Source: an uncultured Chloroflexia bacterium
GTDB taxonomy: Bacteria > Chloroflexota > Limnocylindria > Limnocylindrales > CSP1-4
Direction of reading: 5' to 3'
Assembly: GCA_963735865.1 (NCBI GenBank)
Contig: CAVTML010000002.1
Coordinates: 1,491,219 to 1,555,218, forward strand
Length of the DNA: 64,000 nucleotides
The notes beneath the pieces are model-generated. The model had not been told where the DNA came from. It did not search any database and saw only the letters and a list, made by a program, of their open reading frames with translations. Position numbers and translations under genes: made by a program. Numbering within the stretch: position 1 is the first letter of the stretch; each line of letters opens with the position of its first letter. Shown one piece after another: positions 1-10,681 of this stretch.

Positions 1-1
1 C

Positions 2-1150
2 TACACGATCCAGGGGCCCGTCCTCGGGTTCATCGAGGCGGAATTCGGGCTGTCGGCCGCGGGTGCGGGCATCATCGCCACGGCCTTCTTCGGAGCTTCT
101 GCGATCACGATGCTGGCCGGCGGCGCCATCGCCGACCGGATCGGCACGCGTCTCGCCGTCACGCTCGGATTCCTGCTCGTGGCGATCGGGAACCTAGGGG
201 CCGGCCTCCTGGCCCCGACGTTCCCGTCCCTGCTCGCGTGGCGCGTCCTGGGTGGGCTCGGTTCGGGCTTCGGCTTCGCCGCGGGTGCCTCGTACACCCG
301 GTCGATCTTCGAGGACCGGGGTCGCCATCTCGCCCAGGGCCTGTACGGCGCATCGTTCCTGCTCGGCTCGGGCATCACCCTGGCCTACATCCCGATCCTG
401 GCCGGTCCAGCGGGCGATTGGCGGCTGGCCTTCACGGTCTCCGCCCTGGCCGTCGCGGCGGTCTGGGTGGCGTGGGTGCTCCTGGCCCCGGACGAGCCGC
501 TGGCTCTGCCCGCGACAGGAGGCCGTGCTGCGCTGGTCGTTGCCCTGCGTGAGCGCAACACATGGCTGCTCGCGGCGTGCCACATGTGCGGCTTCGGCAT
601 GGCGATCGTCATCGGTACCTGGGTCACCCTCTATCTGGCCGATGCCTTTGGGGAGCCCCTCGCGGCGGCCGGCTTGATCGGCTCGCTCACCCTCGTCACG
701 GGCATCCTGGCTCGCGCCTCTGGCGGCGTCATCCTTGAGCGGGCCATCGATCCGGTCCAACTCATCAGGACGGGGTTGGCCCTTGCCATCGTCGGCCTCA
801 CGACGTTGGCCTTCGCGCCCAATCTGCCCGTCGCCATCGCGGCGCTCGTGGTCACCGGAGTGGGCGTCGGTCTCCCGTATGCGGCCGTATTCAACGGGGC
901 CGCCGCCAGCGCCCGCAGCAGCCCGGCGTCGGCGCAAGCCATCGTGGGCATGGGTGGCCTTGTCACGGCGATCTTCGGCGGGCCCCTCGTCGGCTTGCTC
1001 TTCGACGCGACTGGCGCGTTTGCGATCGGCTTCCTGGCCCTCGTCACGATCATCGTGGCGGTGCTGATCCTGACGGCACTGATCCGCCCGTTCGACCTTG
1101 CGGCCCTTGATGTCGTCGGGACACGGGAGACGCCCGCGCCCGCCTCGTGA
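2..1150 (+). CDS. MFS transporter, 5' end truncated by window edge
   Basis: Frame of the 110..1150 ORF stays open back to position 2. Translation is multi-TM and hydrophobic with Gly-rich MFS-like helices. Confidence 0.8.
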   Translation, partial: YTIQGPVLGFIEAEFGLSAAGAGIIATAFFGASAITMLAGGAIADRIGTRLAVTLGFLLVAIGNLGAGLLAPTFPSLLAWRVLGGLGSGFGFAAGASYTRSIFEDRGRHLAQGLYGASFLLGSGITLAYIPILAGPAGDWRLAFTVSALAVAAVWVAWVLLAPDEPLALPATGGRAALVVALRERNTWLLAACHMCGFGMAIVIGTWVTLYLADAFGEPLAAAGLIGSLTLVTGILARASGGVILERAIDPVQLIRTGLALAIVGLTTLAFAPNLPVAIAALVVTGVGVGLPYAAVFNGAAASARSSPASAQAIVGMGGLVTAIFGGPLVGLLFDATGAFAIGFLALVTIIVAVLILTALIRPFDLAALDVVGTRETPAPAS

Positions 1151-1192
1151 GGCCCCGTACCGCAGACTACGGGCGAGCGGTCCAGTCCAGCG

Positions 1193-2480
1193 TCACGAGG
1201 CCCAAGCCACCCGCCAGACGCGCCAGAGGACCGCCGGCTCGACCAGCGGGTCGCCGTGCACGAGCGCGAAGTCCGCCGGACCGCCCTCGCGGATGACGCC
1301 GGCCTCGGGCTCACCCAGCAGCGCGCCGCCCTGCCAGGTGGCCGCGGCCAGCGCCTCCCAGGGCTCGAAACCCACGTCGACCAACGCCTCCACCTCCCAG
1401 GCCAGCTGGTTGGCGCGCAGCGAACCGCCCCCGAAGTCGGTGCCGGTGGCGATGGCCACCCCGGCCCCGTGGGCCAGCTGGACGCTGGCGCGGGCCGCCT
1501 CCAGACGTGCGGCGATCCGGCGGCGGCCTTCAGCGGTGGTGAAGCGGTCGATCCGTGTGGTCGTCGCGAATGTCTGCCACGAGCGCATGACGGCCAGCGT
1601 GCTGATGAGGCGCGTGCCACGGGTGGCCATCTCGTGGACGACATCGGCATCCAGCTCGAAGCCGTGCTCGATCGAGTCGACGCCGCCGGCGACGGCCACC
1701 CGGGCGCCCTGCAGATCGCCCGAATGCGCGGTGACGCGGGCGCCGTGCGCGTGGGCGGCGGTGGTCACGCGGCCCACCTCTGCGGCGGTCCACGGCGCCG
1801 TGTCCGGGTCCGGCCCGTCGAGGTACAGCTTGACCAGGTCGGCGCCGTCGTCGAGCTGGCCGAGCGCCGCCGTCAGGAGCTCATCGGCGTTCTCGGCCTC
1901 GGCCGTTGCGACCTCCGGCAGGGTACCGCGACGCATCACCCAGGTCCCCGCGGCACGCACGTAGGGCATGCCGGGGCTGGTCCCGCCACCGGTCCCTGAC
2001 GCCGAGCGCCACGGCCCGCCGCCGGCCGTCGACCGGGTCGACGCCCACCGGGCTGCCCACGTCCCGCAGCCAGCGCACGCCGGCGCTGCTGGCGAGCCGG
2101 CCGTTCGCCTCCGCGACCGCGACCAGCCGCCCCGGCGGATCGGCGAAGCGCGCGATCCAATGAGCCCCGCCCGGTCCCGTGATGTGGCTGTGGGCGTCGA
2201 CGAGGCCGGGCACGATCGTGCAGCCCGTCGCGTCCACGACATCGGTCGAGCCGTCAAGGGCCGGTTCGTCCTCGGTCGGCCGGATCCACTCGATCCGACC
2301 GTCGATCACAAGGATGCTGACGCCGAGGCGCAGCCGCGGGCCGCGCCCGTCTGCCAGGGCTGCGTCGCGATACAGCGTGGCGGTCACGAACCGATGATAC
2401 GGCCCGCCGCCGGCCTGACGGGATCCTTCCTGGATCCAGGCGATGTGCTGCGCCGCGTGCTCCGCTCTGCCGACAAGCAA
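1193..2480 (-). CDS. Metal-dependent amidohydrolase family protein with an apparent frameshift
   Basis: N-terminal frame (1881..2480) has 'IVPGLVDAHSHI'. C-terminal frame (1193..2257) has 'DSIEHG', 'GTDFGG' and 'ALVHGDPL'. The frames switch around 1970-2050. Confidence 0.6.
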
Positions 2481-2585
2481 GTCGCCCGCGGGCTGGTCAC
2501 CAAGGGCTGAGCCCTTTGAAGAAGGTGGTGACCTGCGCCTGCGACGCCGCGAGCGCGTCCCGGATCTCGGCGCGCCTCGACGCCG

Positions 2586-3188
2586 TCAGCCCGGCGAGAG
2601 GGCGTAGCCGATCGTCCGCCCGTGCCGCTGGGCCATCGAGAGCCACACGCGAACCATGCCCTCGAGGGTCTTGGCATTCGCCAGTGGGCCGGCGTCCTCC
2701 GCCACGAAGCCGATCTCGGCCGCCAGGTCGAGGGCGACCCGCTTGGCGTCGGCGTCATCGCCGGCCACGAACATCACCGCCGGTACCCGGCGCGACCGCG
2801 CGGTGGTGAGATTCTCGAACCCGATCGTGTTGAAGGCCTTGACCAGCCTGGCGCCGGGCAGCAGGTCGGCCAGATCCTCCGTGGTGCTGCGCACCGGATC
2901 CCCGTCGAAGCGGTTCATCGTGTCGATGACGACGCGCCCGTCGAGCCGCGGGAGCGTGGCCACGATGCCGGGCACGGCGGGCCACCGCAACGCGAAGACG
3001 ACGACATCGGCACCCGCCACGGCCTTGGCCGGGCTGGTGGCCGTGGTGCCGGCCGCCGCCGCCACGGCCGCGCGGCACTTATCCGATCCCGGGTCGCGCA
3101 CGCCGAAGACCACCTCGTGGCCGACCGCGGCCAGCGCCGCGGCCAGGCCGCCGCCCACATTGCCCGCCCCGATGACCGCGATCCGCAT
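2586..3188 (-). CDS. NADP oxidoreductase, coenzyme F420-dependent family (NpdG-like)
   Basis: Internal start 'MRIAVIGAGNVGGGLA' is a Rossmann GxGxxG motif. About 200 aa, similar to F420:NADPH oxidoreductases and pyrroline-5-carboxylate reductases. Confidence 0.7.
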   Translation of the reverse strand: MRIAVIGAGNVGGGLAAALAAVGHEVVFGVRDPGSDKCRAAVAAAAGTTATSPAKAVAGADVVVFALRWPAVPGIVATLPRLDGRVVIDTMNRFDGDPVRSTTEDLADLLPGARLVKAFNTIGFENLTTARSRRVPAVMFVAGDDADAKRVALDLAAEIGFVAEDAGPLANAKTLEGMVRVWLSMAQRHGRTIGYALSPG

Positions 3189-3264
3189 GACGCCGTACCC
3201 CTGACTCTGGGCCGGTCCCTGCGCCGGCCCGTTCGGCACGAGTGTGCCACTGTCCGCGCGAGGG

Positions 3265-3447
3265 CCGGATCGCACCTCGTTTGCGCCTGGCGGCGACAGC
3301 GACGGAGCGCGCCCGTGGAACGCCCTCCGGAAGGCGCTTCCTCCGCTGGCTGTTGCATCCGGCGAGAGAAACGACGCTCGACCGGCCCTTCCTCCGTCGC
3401 TGTCGCCGCTTGATGCAAGAGCCGGGTCGCACCTCGTTTGCGCCTGG
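3265..3447. repeat. Intergenic element made of two 27/28-identical direct repeats (3265-3292 and 3420-3447) flanking an 18-nt inverted repeat pair (3290-3307 and 3382-3399)
   Basis: Direct repeat core is 'tcgcacctcgtttgcgcctgg' in both copies. 'gcggcgacagcgacggag' has its exact reverse complement about 75 nt downstream. Confidence 0.6.
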
Positions 3448-3455
3448 AGCACCCG

Positions 3456-5132
3456 TCAGCGGTCGAAATCGTCGGCCCGGGCCACCTCCTCGCCATCGAG
3501 GACGGTGAGCTTCGGCCGACACCCCACCAGCGCGCCGCCCGGACGCACCGGCTCGGCCAGGGCCTCGGCCGGGATCACGATGAAGTCGGCCCGGTGGCCG
3601 GCCGTCAGGCGCCCGCCCTGGCCCTCCTCACCGGCGACGACGACCGGGTCGAGCGTGGCGGCGCGGATCGCCCGAGCCAGCGCCATCCGCTCCGCGCCGG
3701 GGAACGCCCGCGCCTCACCCGGCAGGCGCCGCGTGACCGCTGTGGCGATGCCCGGCCACGGATCGGGCGACTCGACCGGCGCATCCGTGCCGAAGGCCAC
3801 GGGTACCCCGGTCGCCGCCAATGACTGCCACCGGTAGGCCCGGGCCTGGCGGCGCGGCCAGGCGCGGCGGGCCATCGTCGTGTCGTGCAGCAGATGGGAG
3901 GGCTGTACCGACGCCGCGACGCGCAAGCCCCGCAGCCGCGCCACGTCGGCCGAGGCCGCCAGCTGGACGTGCTCCAGGCGTGCCCACAGGCGGCCGCCGC
4001 GGGCCGATGGCACGGCTTCCAGTGCGTCCAGGGCGACACGCATCGCCCGGTCGCCGATGACGTGGACCTGCGGCGTGATGCCGGCCCGCGCCGCGCGCTC
4101 GATGAGCTCCTGCAGTTCGCCAGGCGAGAGGAGCAGCCGCCCGCGGCCGCCGCGGTCGGCGTACGGCGAGAGGAGCGCCCCGCTGCGCGACCCGAGCGCT
4201 CCATCGGCGAACAGCTTCAACCAGCCCACCCGAGCCCGCGCCGCGAGGCGCGCCGCCCTGGGGTCACCGGCGACCGACGCCGCGACCGCCTGGCCGCTTC
4301 GCCAGCCGCGGGCCGCGGCCGCCTCGAGCTGCTCGGGGCGCACGCTGCCGTGGACACGCAGCGGCAGCCGCCCCTCGCCGGCCAGGCGCGCGTACTGCGC
4401 CGGCCCACGGGCCATGCCCGGGTCCGGCGCCAGCCCGCCAGGATCGTGGCAGCCCACGATGCCGAGCTGGGCCAGCCGCGCCGCGTACGCCGTGATCGCC
4501 ATGGACAGCTCGTCCCCGCCTACCGGGGGGATGGCGCGGTCGACCAGCCCGGCCGCGTGCTCCAGGAGCATGCCCGTCGGCTCACCGCGCCCGTCGTGCA
4601 CGATGCTGCCGCCGACCGGATCCGGCGTGCTGGCGGTGATGGCGGCGGCCGCGAGGGCCGCCCGGCTGATCCATCGCGAGTGCAGGTCGTGGCTCCACAG
4701 GGCGATCGGCCGCCCCGGGCCGACGCGCTCAAGGGCGTCGGCGTCGGGCCAGCCGCCGAGCAGATCGAGCGACCAGCCGAGGCCCTCGATCCAGCCGTCG
4801 CGATCGCCGGCCCGCAGCCGCTCGCGGTGCAGGACGGCGAGTCGGCCCAGCGTCGCTTCCAGGGACAGGCCGTCCAGCTGGAGCTGCCGGTCGGCGAGCG
4901 CCGCGTCGGTTAGGTGCAGATGGGCGTCGGTGATCGCGGGCAGGACGACCTCGTCGCGTCCCAGGTCCAGGCGCCGCGTCGCGGGCCCCTCGAGCGGCAC
5001 CACCTCCGCGCGAGGCCCGGCGGCGAGGATCCGCCCCTCCCCCACCGCGAGAGCTTCGGCCCAGCCGAAGCCGCGCGCCCCGGCCAGGGTCGCGATGCGG
5101 CCGGTGACGATCAGGTCGGCTTTGGCAGGCAC
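3456..5132 (-). CDS. Amidohydrolase 3 family metal-dependent hydrolase
   Basis: 558 aa with 'ITDAHLHL', 'LKLFADGALGSRSGALLSPYAD' and 'HVIGDRAMRVALDA', typical of the Amidohydro_3 / YtcJ-like family. Confidence 0.85.
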   Translation of the reverse strand: MPAKADLIVTGRIATLAGARGFGWAEALAVGEGRILAAGPRAEVVPLEGPATRRLDLGRDEVVLPAITDAHLHLTDAALADRQLQLDGLSLEATLGRLAVLHRERLRAGDRDGWIEGLGWSLDLLGGWPDADALERVGPGRPIALWSHDLHSRWISRAALAAAAITASTPDPVGGSIVHDGRGEPTGMLLEHAAGLVDRAIPPVGGDELSMAITAYAARLAQLGIVGCHDPGGLAPDPGMARGPAQYARLAGEGRLPLRVHGSVRPEQLEAAAARGWRSGQAVAASVAGDPRAARLAARARVGWLKLFADGALGSRSGALLSPYADRGGRGRLLLSPGELQELIERAARAGITPQVHVIGDRAMRVALDALEAVPSARGGRLWARLEHVQLAASADVARLRGLRVAASVQPSHLLHDTTMARRAWPRRQARAYRWQSLAATGVPVAFGTDAPVESPDPWPGIATAVTRRLPGEARAFPGAERMALARAIRAATLDPVVVAGEEGQGGRLTAGHRADFIVIPAEALAEPVRPGGALVGCRPKLTVLDGEEVARADDFDR

Positions 5133-5135
5133 GGC

Positions 5136-6119
5136 TCAGCCGCCGAACAGGTCCTGCAGCGCCGGCCCCTCGAGCCCGACCCCCAGCGCGAGCGCGAGCA
5201 TGATGCGTGCCTTGGGGCCGTTGAGCGTGCCCGCCATGACGGCCCCCGCACGGGCCCAGGCCGCTCCGCCGCCGGGGAAGCCATAGGCCGGGCGGACGCC
5301 GCCGCGCAGCACACGCGAGGTCAGGACGACGGGGATCCCCGCGGCCATCGCCTCGACGGCCGCCGCCAGCACGTCGGGATGGGTGTTGCCGCTGCCGGGA
5401 GCCTGCACCACGATGCCGCGCGCGCCGCTGGCGACGGCGGCCCGGATCAGGGAGCCGTCGGTGCCCATGGCGGCCGTGATCAGGGCGATCGGCTCCACGG
5501 CGGCATCGGGCAGCTGCGGCAGGGTCGCCCGCCGCACCCGGCGACGCATCAGCCGCAGGCCGTCATCGGACACGTGACCCAGCGGTCCCTCGTCGGGGCA
5601 GAGGAAGGCGGCATAAGCGAGCGTATCGACCTTGACCACATCGTCCGCCGGCAGGACGAGACCGCCCATCACGATCGCCGCGCCGATGCCACGGGCCGCC
5701 GGATCGGCCGCGCAGCGGACGGCGTCGCGCAGGTTCTGGGGCCCGTCGTACCCATCCTGGCCGGCGTTGCGCATGGCCCCCGTCACGAGCACGGGGGATG
5801 CGCCCGGGACCAGCAGGTCGAAGGCCAGGACGGTCTCCTCCATCACGTCGGTCCCCTGCACCACGACCGCCCCCGCCACACCCGGGTCGGCCAGCGCGGC
5901 GCGCAGGCGGGCCGCCTGATCGAGCAGGTTCGCGAACGAGAAGTGGGCCGCCGGCAACCGGCCCCAGTCGATCGTCACGAGGTCGGCGATGCCCGACAGG
6001 CCGCTCGTGCGCGCCAGGATGGCGGCCCCGTCCAGGCGCGGCACGGCCCCGCCGGCGGCCGCGTCGTGCTCCATCGAGATGGTGCCGCCCGTGAACAGCA
6101 CCACGACCCGGGCCGTCAC
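5136..6119 (-). CDS. ansA: L-asparaginase
   Basis: N-terminal 'VVVLFTGGTISM' threonine-containing active-site motif. 327 aa, asparaginase-sized. Confidence 0.85.
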   Translation of the reverse strand: MTARVVVLFTGGTISMEHDAAAGGAVPRLDGAAILARTSGLSGIADLVTIDWGRLPAAHFSFANLLDQAARLRAALADPGVAGAVVVQGTDVMEETVLAFDLLVPGASPVLVTGAMRNAGQDGYDGPQNLRDAVRCAADPAARGIGAAIVMGGLVLPADDVVKVDTLAYAAFLCPDEGPLGHVSDDGLRLMRRRVRRATLPQLPDAAVEPIALITAAMGTDGSLIRAAVASGARGIVVQAPGSGNTHPDVLAAAVEAMAAGIPVVLTSRVLRGGVRPAYGFPGGGAAWARAGAVMAGTLNGPKARIMLALALGVGLEGPALQDLFGG

Positions 6120-7597
6120 GATGAGCCGTCACCCCGGTCCGCCCGGCCGGTGTCCGACGACGCGTCGGCGACGTGGCCCAGGGCCATGGCCGTGACCGTC
6201 ACCGGATCGATGGGCTCCATGTGCGCCGCGACCGGTTGGAGGGTCGTGGTCGGCCACCGCAGGAAGACCGCCCGGACACCAGTCCCGACGACGAGCGCGG
6301 CCATGAGGAACAGGACGAGGGACGTGCCGAGCGTGTCGGCCAGCGGCCCGGCGATGATGATGGGCACGAAGCTGGCCACGCTCACCAGCATGTTGAGCAC
6401 GCCGAAGACCCGCCCCCGGACGTCCTCCGGCAGCTCCTCCTGGAGCTGTGTCTGGGCGGGCACGGCCACGAAGGCATAGGCCACGCCAGCGGTCAGGGCG
6501 ATGGCCACGATGATGCCCAGCAGGGAGACGAAGGGTTCCAGCGCCACGGCCCCGTTGCTGTCGACGCGTGAGCGCAGGAAGTTCGACAGGGGCGCCGCCA
6601 CGGACAGGAGGGCCAGGGCGATGCCCAGCACCAGCAGGCCACCCTCGATGAGGCGCCGTCGCGGCACGAGGCGCCCGTACGCGTTGAGGAGGAGGATGCC
6701 CAGCACCAGTCCCCCGCCGAGCGGCAGGACGACGATGAAGAAGTCCTGTGGTTTGAGGCCCAGCGACTGCTGGGCATAGTTCGGGCCAAGCGCCCCAAGG
6801 ACGCCCACCAGCGAGGCGGTGATGGCCAGGTAGCTGAGCGACCAGAAGATGCCCGGATTGGCGCGGATGTAGAGCAGCCCCTCCTGCAGCTGGCGGAGGG
6901 TCGCCGCGAGGGCCGCCTCCGCCTCGCCGAGGGCCTGCCCCGAGGCGACGCTGCCCGGGCGCCCCGCCGCGGGCGTCGAGGACGGCAGCGTGACGCACAG
7001 GGCGGCCGCCACGAAGTAGCAGGCCGCGACCAGCACGATCAGCCCGTTGACGTCGGCCAGGATCACCACGAACGGCCCCAGGAGCGCGAAGCCCAGGGCG
7101 AAGGAGCCCTGCAGGGTGAAGGTGAACAGGCTGTTGGCGGCCAGCAGCTGCTCGCGCCGCACGAGGACCGGGATCATCGATGCCTCGGCCGGCGCGAAGA
7201 GGGTCGTGATGGTGGACACGGCGATGTTGAGCAGGTAGATCAGGATGAGATTCGCGTCCAGCACGACCATGGCCACGAAGAGGACGCCGCGCAGCAGGTT
7301 GGCGACGACGAGGATCAGGCGCCGGTCGAGCCGGTCGACGAAGACGCCGGCGATGGCGCTGAAGACGACGGCCGGCACGAGGAACGTCAGCAGCAGCAGG
7401 CTGACCGCCGACGACGAGTGCGTCCGCTCGGCCACGAGCACGGTCAGCCCGTAGAGCACCATGTTGCCGCCGACCTGGCTCGCCACCTGGGCCAGCCAGA
7501 GTGAAAGGAAGCGCCGGTCCCGAAGGACCTGGCCGACGCTCTGCGAGCCGCCGGTCGCCGGGGCCGACGCGACTTGCGGCGCGCCGCCCGCGTTCAT
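6116..7597 (-). CDS. MFS transporter
   Basis: Multi-TM MFS-like protein. The 4-nt overlap with ansA suggests an operon. An alternative start at 7675 is possible. Confidence 0.8.
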   Translation of the reverse strand: MNAGGAPQVASAPATGGSQSVGQVLRDRRFLSLWLAQVASQVGGNMVLYGLTVLVAERTHSSSAVSLLLLTFLVPAVVFSAIAGVFVDRLDRRLILVVANLLRGVLFVAMVVLDANLILIYLLNIAVSTITTLFAPAEASMIPVLVRREQLLAANSLFTFTLQGSFALGFALLGPFVVILADVNGLIVLVAACYFVAAALCVTLPSSTPAAGRPGSVASGQALGEAEAALAATLRQLQEGLLYIRANPGIFWSLSYLAITASLVGVLGALGPNYAQQSLGLKPQDFFIVVLPLGGGLVLGILLLNAYGRLVPRRRLIEGGLLVLGIALALLSVAAPLSNFLRSRVDSNGAVALEPFVSLLGIIVAIALTAGVAYAFVAVPAQTQLQEELPEDVRGRVFGVLNMLVSVASFVPIIIAGPLADTLGTSLVLFLMAALVVGTGVRAVFLRWPTTTLQPVAAHMEPIDPVTVTAMALGHVADASSDTGRADRGDGSS

Positions 7598-7678
7598 CGC
7601 GGGGTCGGAGCGGGCGTCAGGCGCACGAGGCGACGCTCGACGTCGCGACGAGCCAGCAGCACCCGGCGCGCGCACCCC

Positions 7679-9180
7679 TCACAGCGCAGCCCGATGTCGG
7701 CCCCGAGGCGGACCACTTCCCAAGTCCGGCTGCCGCACGGATGGGGCCGCCGGAGCTCCAGCCGGTCGCCCATGGCGAGGGCCAGGACCGGCGGCACGCG
7801 ACCGGCTGGCTGGCCGCTCAGTGTTCCGTCGCTCCCGTGAAGGTGAAGGCCCCGATGCGCAGGGCCGGCACGAGCGAGGCGCCGAGGAAACCCGCGCAGC
7901 AGGCGGCGCTCCCGGCCGACCGCCTCGACGCCCGCCAGGGCATCGAGGTAGCTCTGGGTGAAGCGCAGGTTGCGCACCGGGCCCACGATGCGGCCGTCCT
8001 CGACCAGGAACAGTGCCGTCGCGGGTCATGCCGGTGACGATGACCAGCTTGGGATGGACCAGGTTGGTGTAGTGGAAGCGGGTCACCAGCAGGCCGCGAT
8101 CAAGGCCGCCGACCAGCTCGTCGCGCGAGGCGTCCGCCGGCGCCATGATCATGTTGAGCGGGAAGGGGCCGTACGGGTTCGGGGCCGGCAGGCCGTGGCC
8201 GGTCGACTCGCGGCCGGCGCGGGCCGCCGTCTGCGCGTCGTAGACCGACCTCGCGGCAGACGCCGGCCTCGACGAGCGGCACGCGCTGCTTGGGCACGCC
8301 CTCGTAGTCGAACGAGACTGGGCGCGCCGGCCACGTCCGCCGCATCGTCGCCGATGCGTCACGAGCGGCGAGCCGATGACCTTGCCCGGCTCGAAGAAGG
8401 AGCGCCCCTCCTGCACCGCCAGCGCCGAGAAGCCCAGGTAGCCCAGCAAGTCGAGCAGGTCGACGACGGCGTACTGCTCGAGCACGACGGGGTAGTCGCC
8501 CGGCGGGCAGCTCGACCGGGCTCGCGCGCCGCACGCGCCTTCTCGGCCGCCTCGCGGCCGACGGCCGCGGCATCGATCGCGGTGCAGTCGACCGCGGCCG
8601 CCTCGGCGTAGCCCGAGCCGCCACCGCGGCGCCCATCATCACCGTCAGCAGCTGGGCCAGCGTGCGCGCCTCGCTGAGCGCCGCATGCCCAGCGAGTTGG
8701 CCACGCGACGTGCTCGCGGCTCGGTCGGTGAAGGAGCCGAAGGCCTGCGACGCCCGCCGCGTCGCCGGCGGCGATGACCTCGCGCGCGGCGGCTCGCGCG
8801 GACTCGGGCGTCGCCTCCGCCGTCGCCACGGCCGCAGGCCCCGTGCACGAGCGCGATGGGCGCGCGGGCCGGGCAGCGACGGAAGTCCTCGTCGGCTTCC
8901 GGCTGCAGCCGGGCGATGCGCGCCGCGGACTCGGCCAGCGCGCGCAGGGCGGCGTCGTCGGGGCGGTTGGCGCGAGGCACACCCCGACGCGCCGGCCCGT
9001 CGACGAAGCGCAGGTTGACCGATCGTGTTCGCCTCGGCCACGTTCTGGTGGATCTCGCTGTTGGCGAAGCGGGTCAGGCGCGCTCGCGTGCCGATCGACG
9101 AGCGCCTCGGCCTGCGTCGCGCCAGCGTCGATCGGCCATGGCGCAGCAGCCCGCTCGGCGAGGTCCAGGCCGCCGGGGTC
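7679..9180 (-). pseudogene. PmbA/TldD-family metalloprotease, multiply frameshifted
   Basis: TldD/PmbA motifs are scattered over at least three frames: 'FDYEGVPKQRVPLVEAGV' in 8100..9428, and 'PNPYGPFPLNMI..GLLVTRFHYTN' and 'TRDGT' in 7679..8485. No single long ORF exists. Confidence 0.5.
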
Positions 9181-9186
9181 GCGCGC

Positions 9187-10659
9187 CGCTCACCACTTGC
9201 CGACCCCCACCTGGACGTCGCGGAACCGGGCGCCGCTGGCGCCGTGGCCGACGTGCCCGCTCTGGCCCGGCTCGCCCTTGCCGCAGTTGGGGGTGCCCAA
9301 CAGCATCCAGCTGCGCTCGTCGGCCGACGGCGTCGCAGGAGCCCCAGAACTCGCGGCGTGATGCCGGTGTAGGTGGCGTTCCGGTAGAGCTGGCCCGAGC
9401 TTGCCGCCCTTGATCTCGCCAGCGCCATCTCGGCGCCGAACTGGAAGTTCAGGCGCCGGTCGTCGATGGACCAGCTGACGGTTGGACGCGAGGTAGCAGG
9501 CCGTCATCGGTGTCGGCGATGATGTCGTCGAGGCTCATGCCCGGCCGCGGCACGCAGGTTGATGTTGGTCATGCGGATGAGCGGCAGGCGGTTCCAGCCG
9601 TCGGCGCGCATGGCCCCGCCGCTGCTGGCGGCCGATGCGCGGCGCGGTCTCGCGGCTGGTCAGGTAGCCCGCTGAAGACGCCGTCGCTCGACGAGCGGCA
9701 CGCGCTGCGCGGCGACGCCCTCGTCGTCCCAGCCGAAGGTGCCCAGGCCGCCGGGCGCGGTGGCGTCGGCGACGATGTCGACCAGGTCCGAGCCGTAGCG
9801 GAACGTGCTCCAGCTTGTCCGTGCGTCAGGAAGCTGGTGCCGGCGTAGGAGGCCTCCGTGCCGAAGACGCGGTCCAGCTCGGTGGGGTGGCCGCAGCTCT
9901 CGTGGATCTGCAGGTACAGCTGCGACGGGTGGAGGATGATCGTGCGTGCGGCCCGGGCGGGCAGCTGCGGGCGCGGCCAGCAGCGCCACGGCCTCCTCGG
10001 CCAGCCCGCTCGCCGTTGCCGACGAGGTCCAGGTCGCGGATGTACTCGTAGCCGCCGGCCGGTAGCCGCCGGATTCCGGGTAGCTGCGGCGCTGCATGTC
10101 GTCGCCGTCGACGGCATTGGCCTCGATGCCCGCCCCGACGTGGGTGATCGACCTGCTCGATCAGCGAGCCGTCGCTGGCCGGCGTACGTCTTCCACTCGC
10201 GCTGGGCGTCGTAGCGCACCTTCGGTGAAGCCGATCCCGGGCGACGCGGCGCCATGGCCGCGTCGGCGGCCGAGGAGGTCGCCGACCTTCCGGTCCACGG
10301 GCACGGCGAAGGGATCCTCCACGACGGGCGTCTCGTAGCGTCCCGCGGGCGGGCGGCCGATCGTCGAGCTGGACGCGGTGCCGCAGCATGCCGTGGCGGA
10401 GGCACGCGCGATGCGCACCGCCAGCGCGGCGACGCGATCCGCCTCGGCCGGTCCAGGCGGCTCGAGCTGGCGAAGCCCCAGGCGCCGTCGACCAGGACGC
10501 GCACGCCGAAGCCCTCCGCTCTCGCCGAAGCGAGACGCCCTCGACGCGGCCGGACTTGATGGCGAACGACTCCTCCGCGCGCCGCGTCTGGCGCACGTCG
10601 GCGAACGACGCCCCGCGCTGGACGGCCGTATCCAGGGCGCGGTCGGTCAACTCGGGCAT
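9187..10659 (-). pseudogene. TldD-family metalloprotease, multiply frameshifted
   Basis: N-terminus 'MPELTDRALDTAVQRGASFADVR' is in 9826..10659. 'HESCGHPTELDRVFG' is in 9569..10504. 'GWDDEGVAAQRVPLVE' is in 9660..10097. C-terminus 'NCGKGEPGQSGHVGHGA' is in 9190..9507. Confidence 0.5.
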
Positions 10660-10681
10660 CGGCGGAAGGGTAGCAGAGGGC

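Noticed and set aside
194-1650. Minus-strand ORFs of 247 and 339 aa overlapping the MFS gene
   Set aside because: They are antisense to a convincing transporter gene and have Arg/Pro/Gly-rich low-complexity translations.
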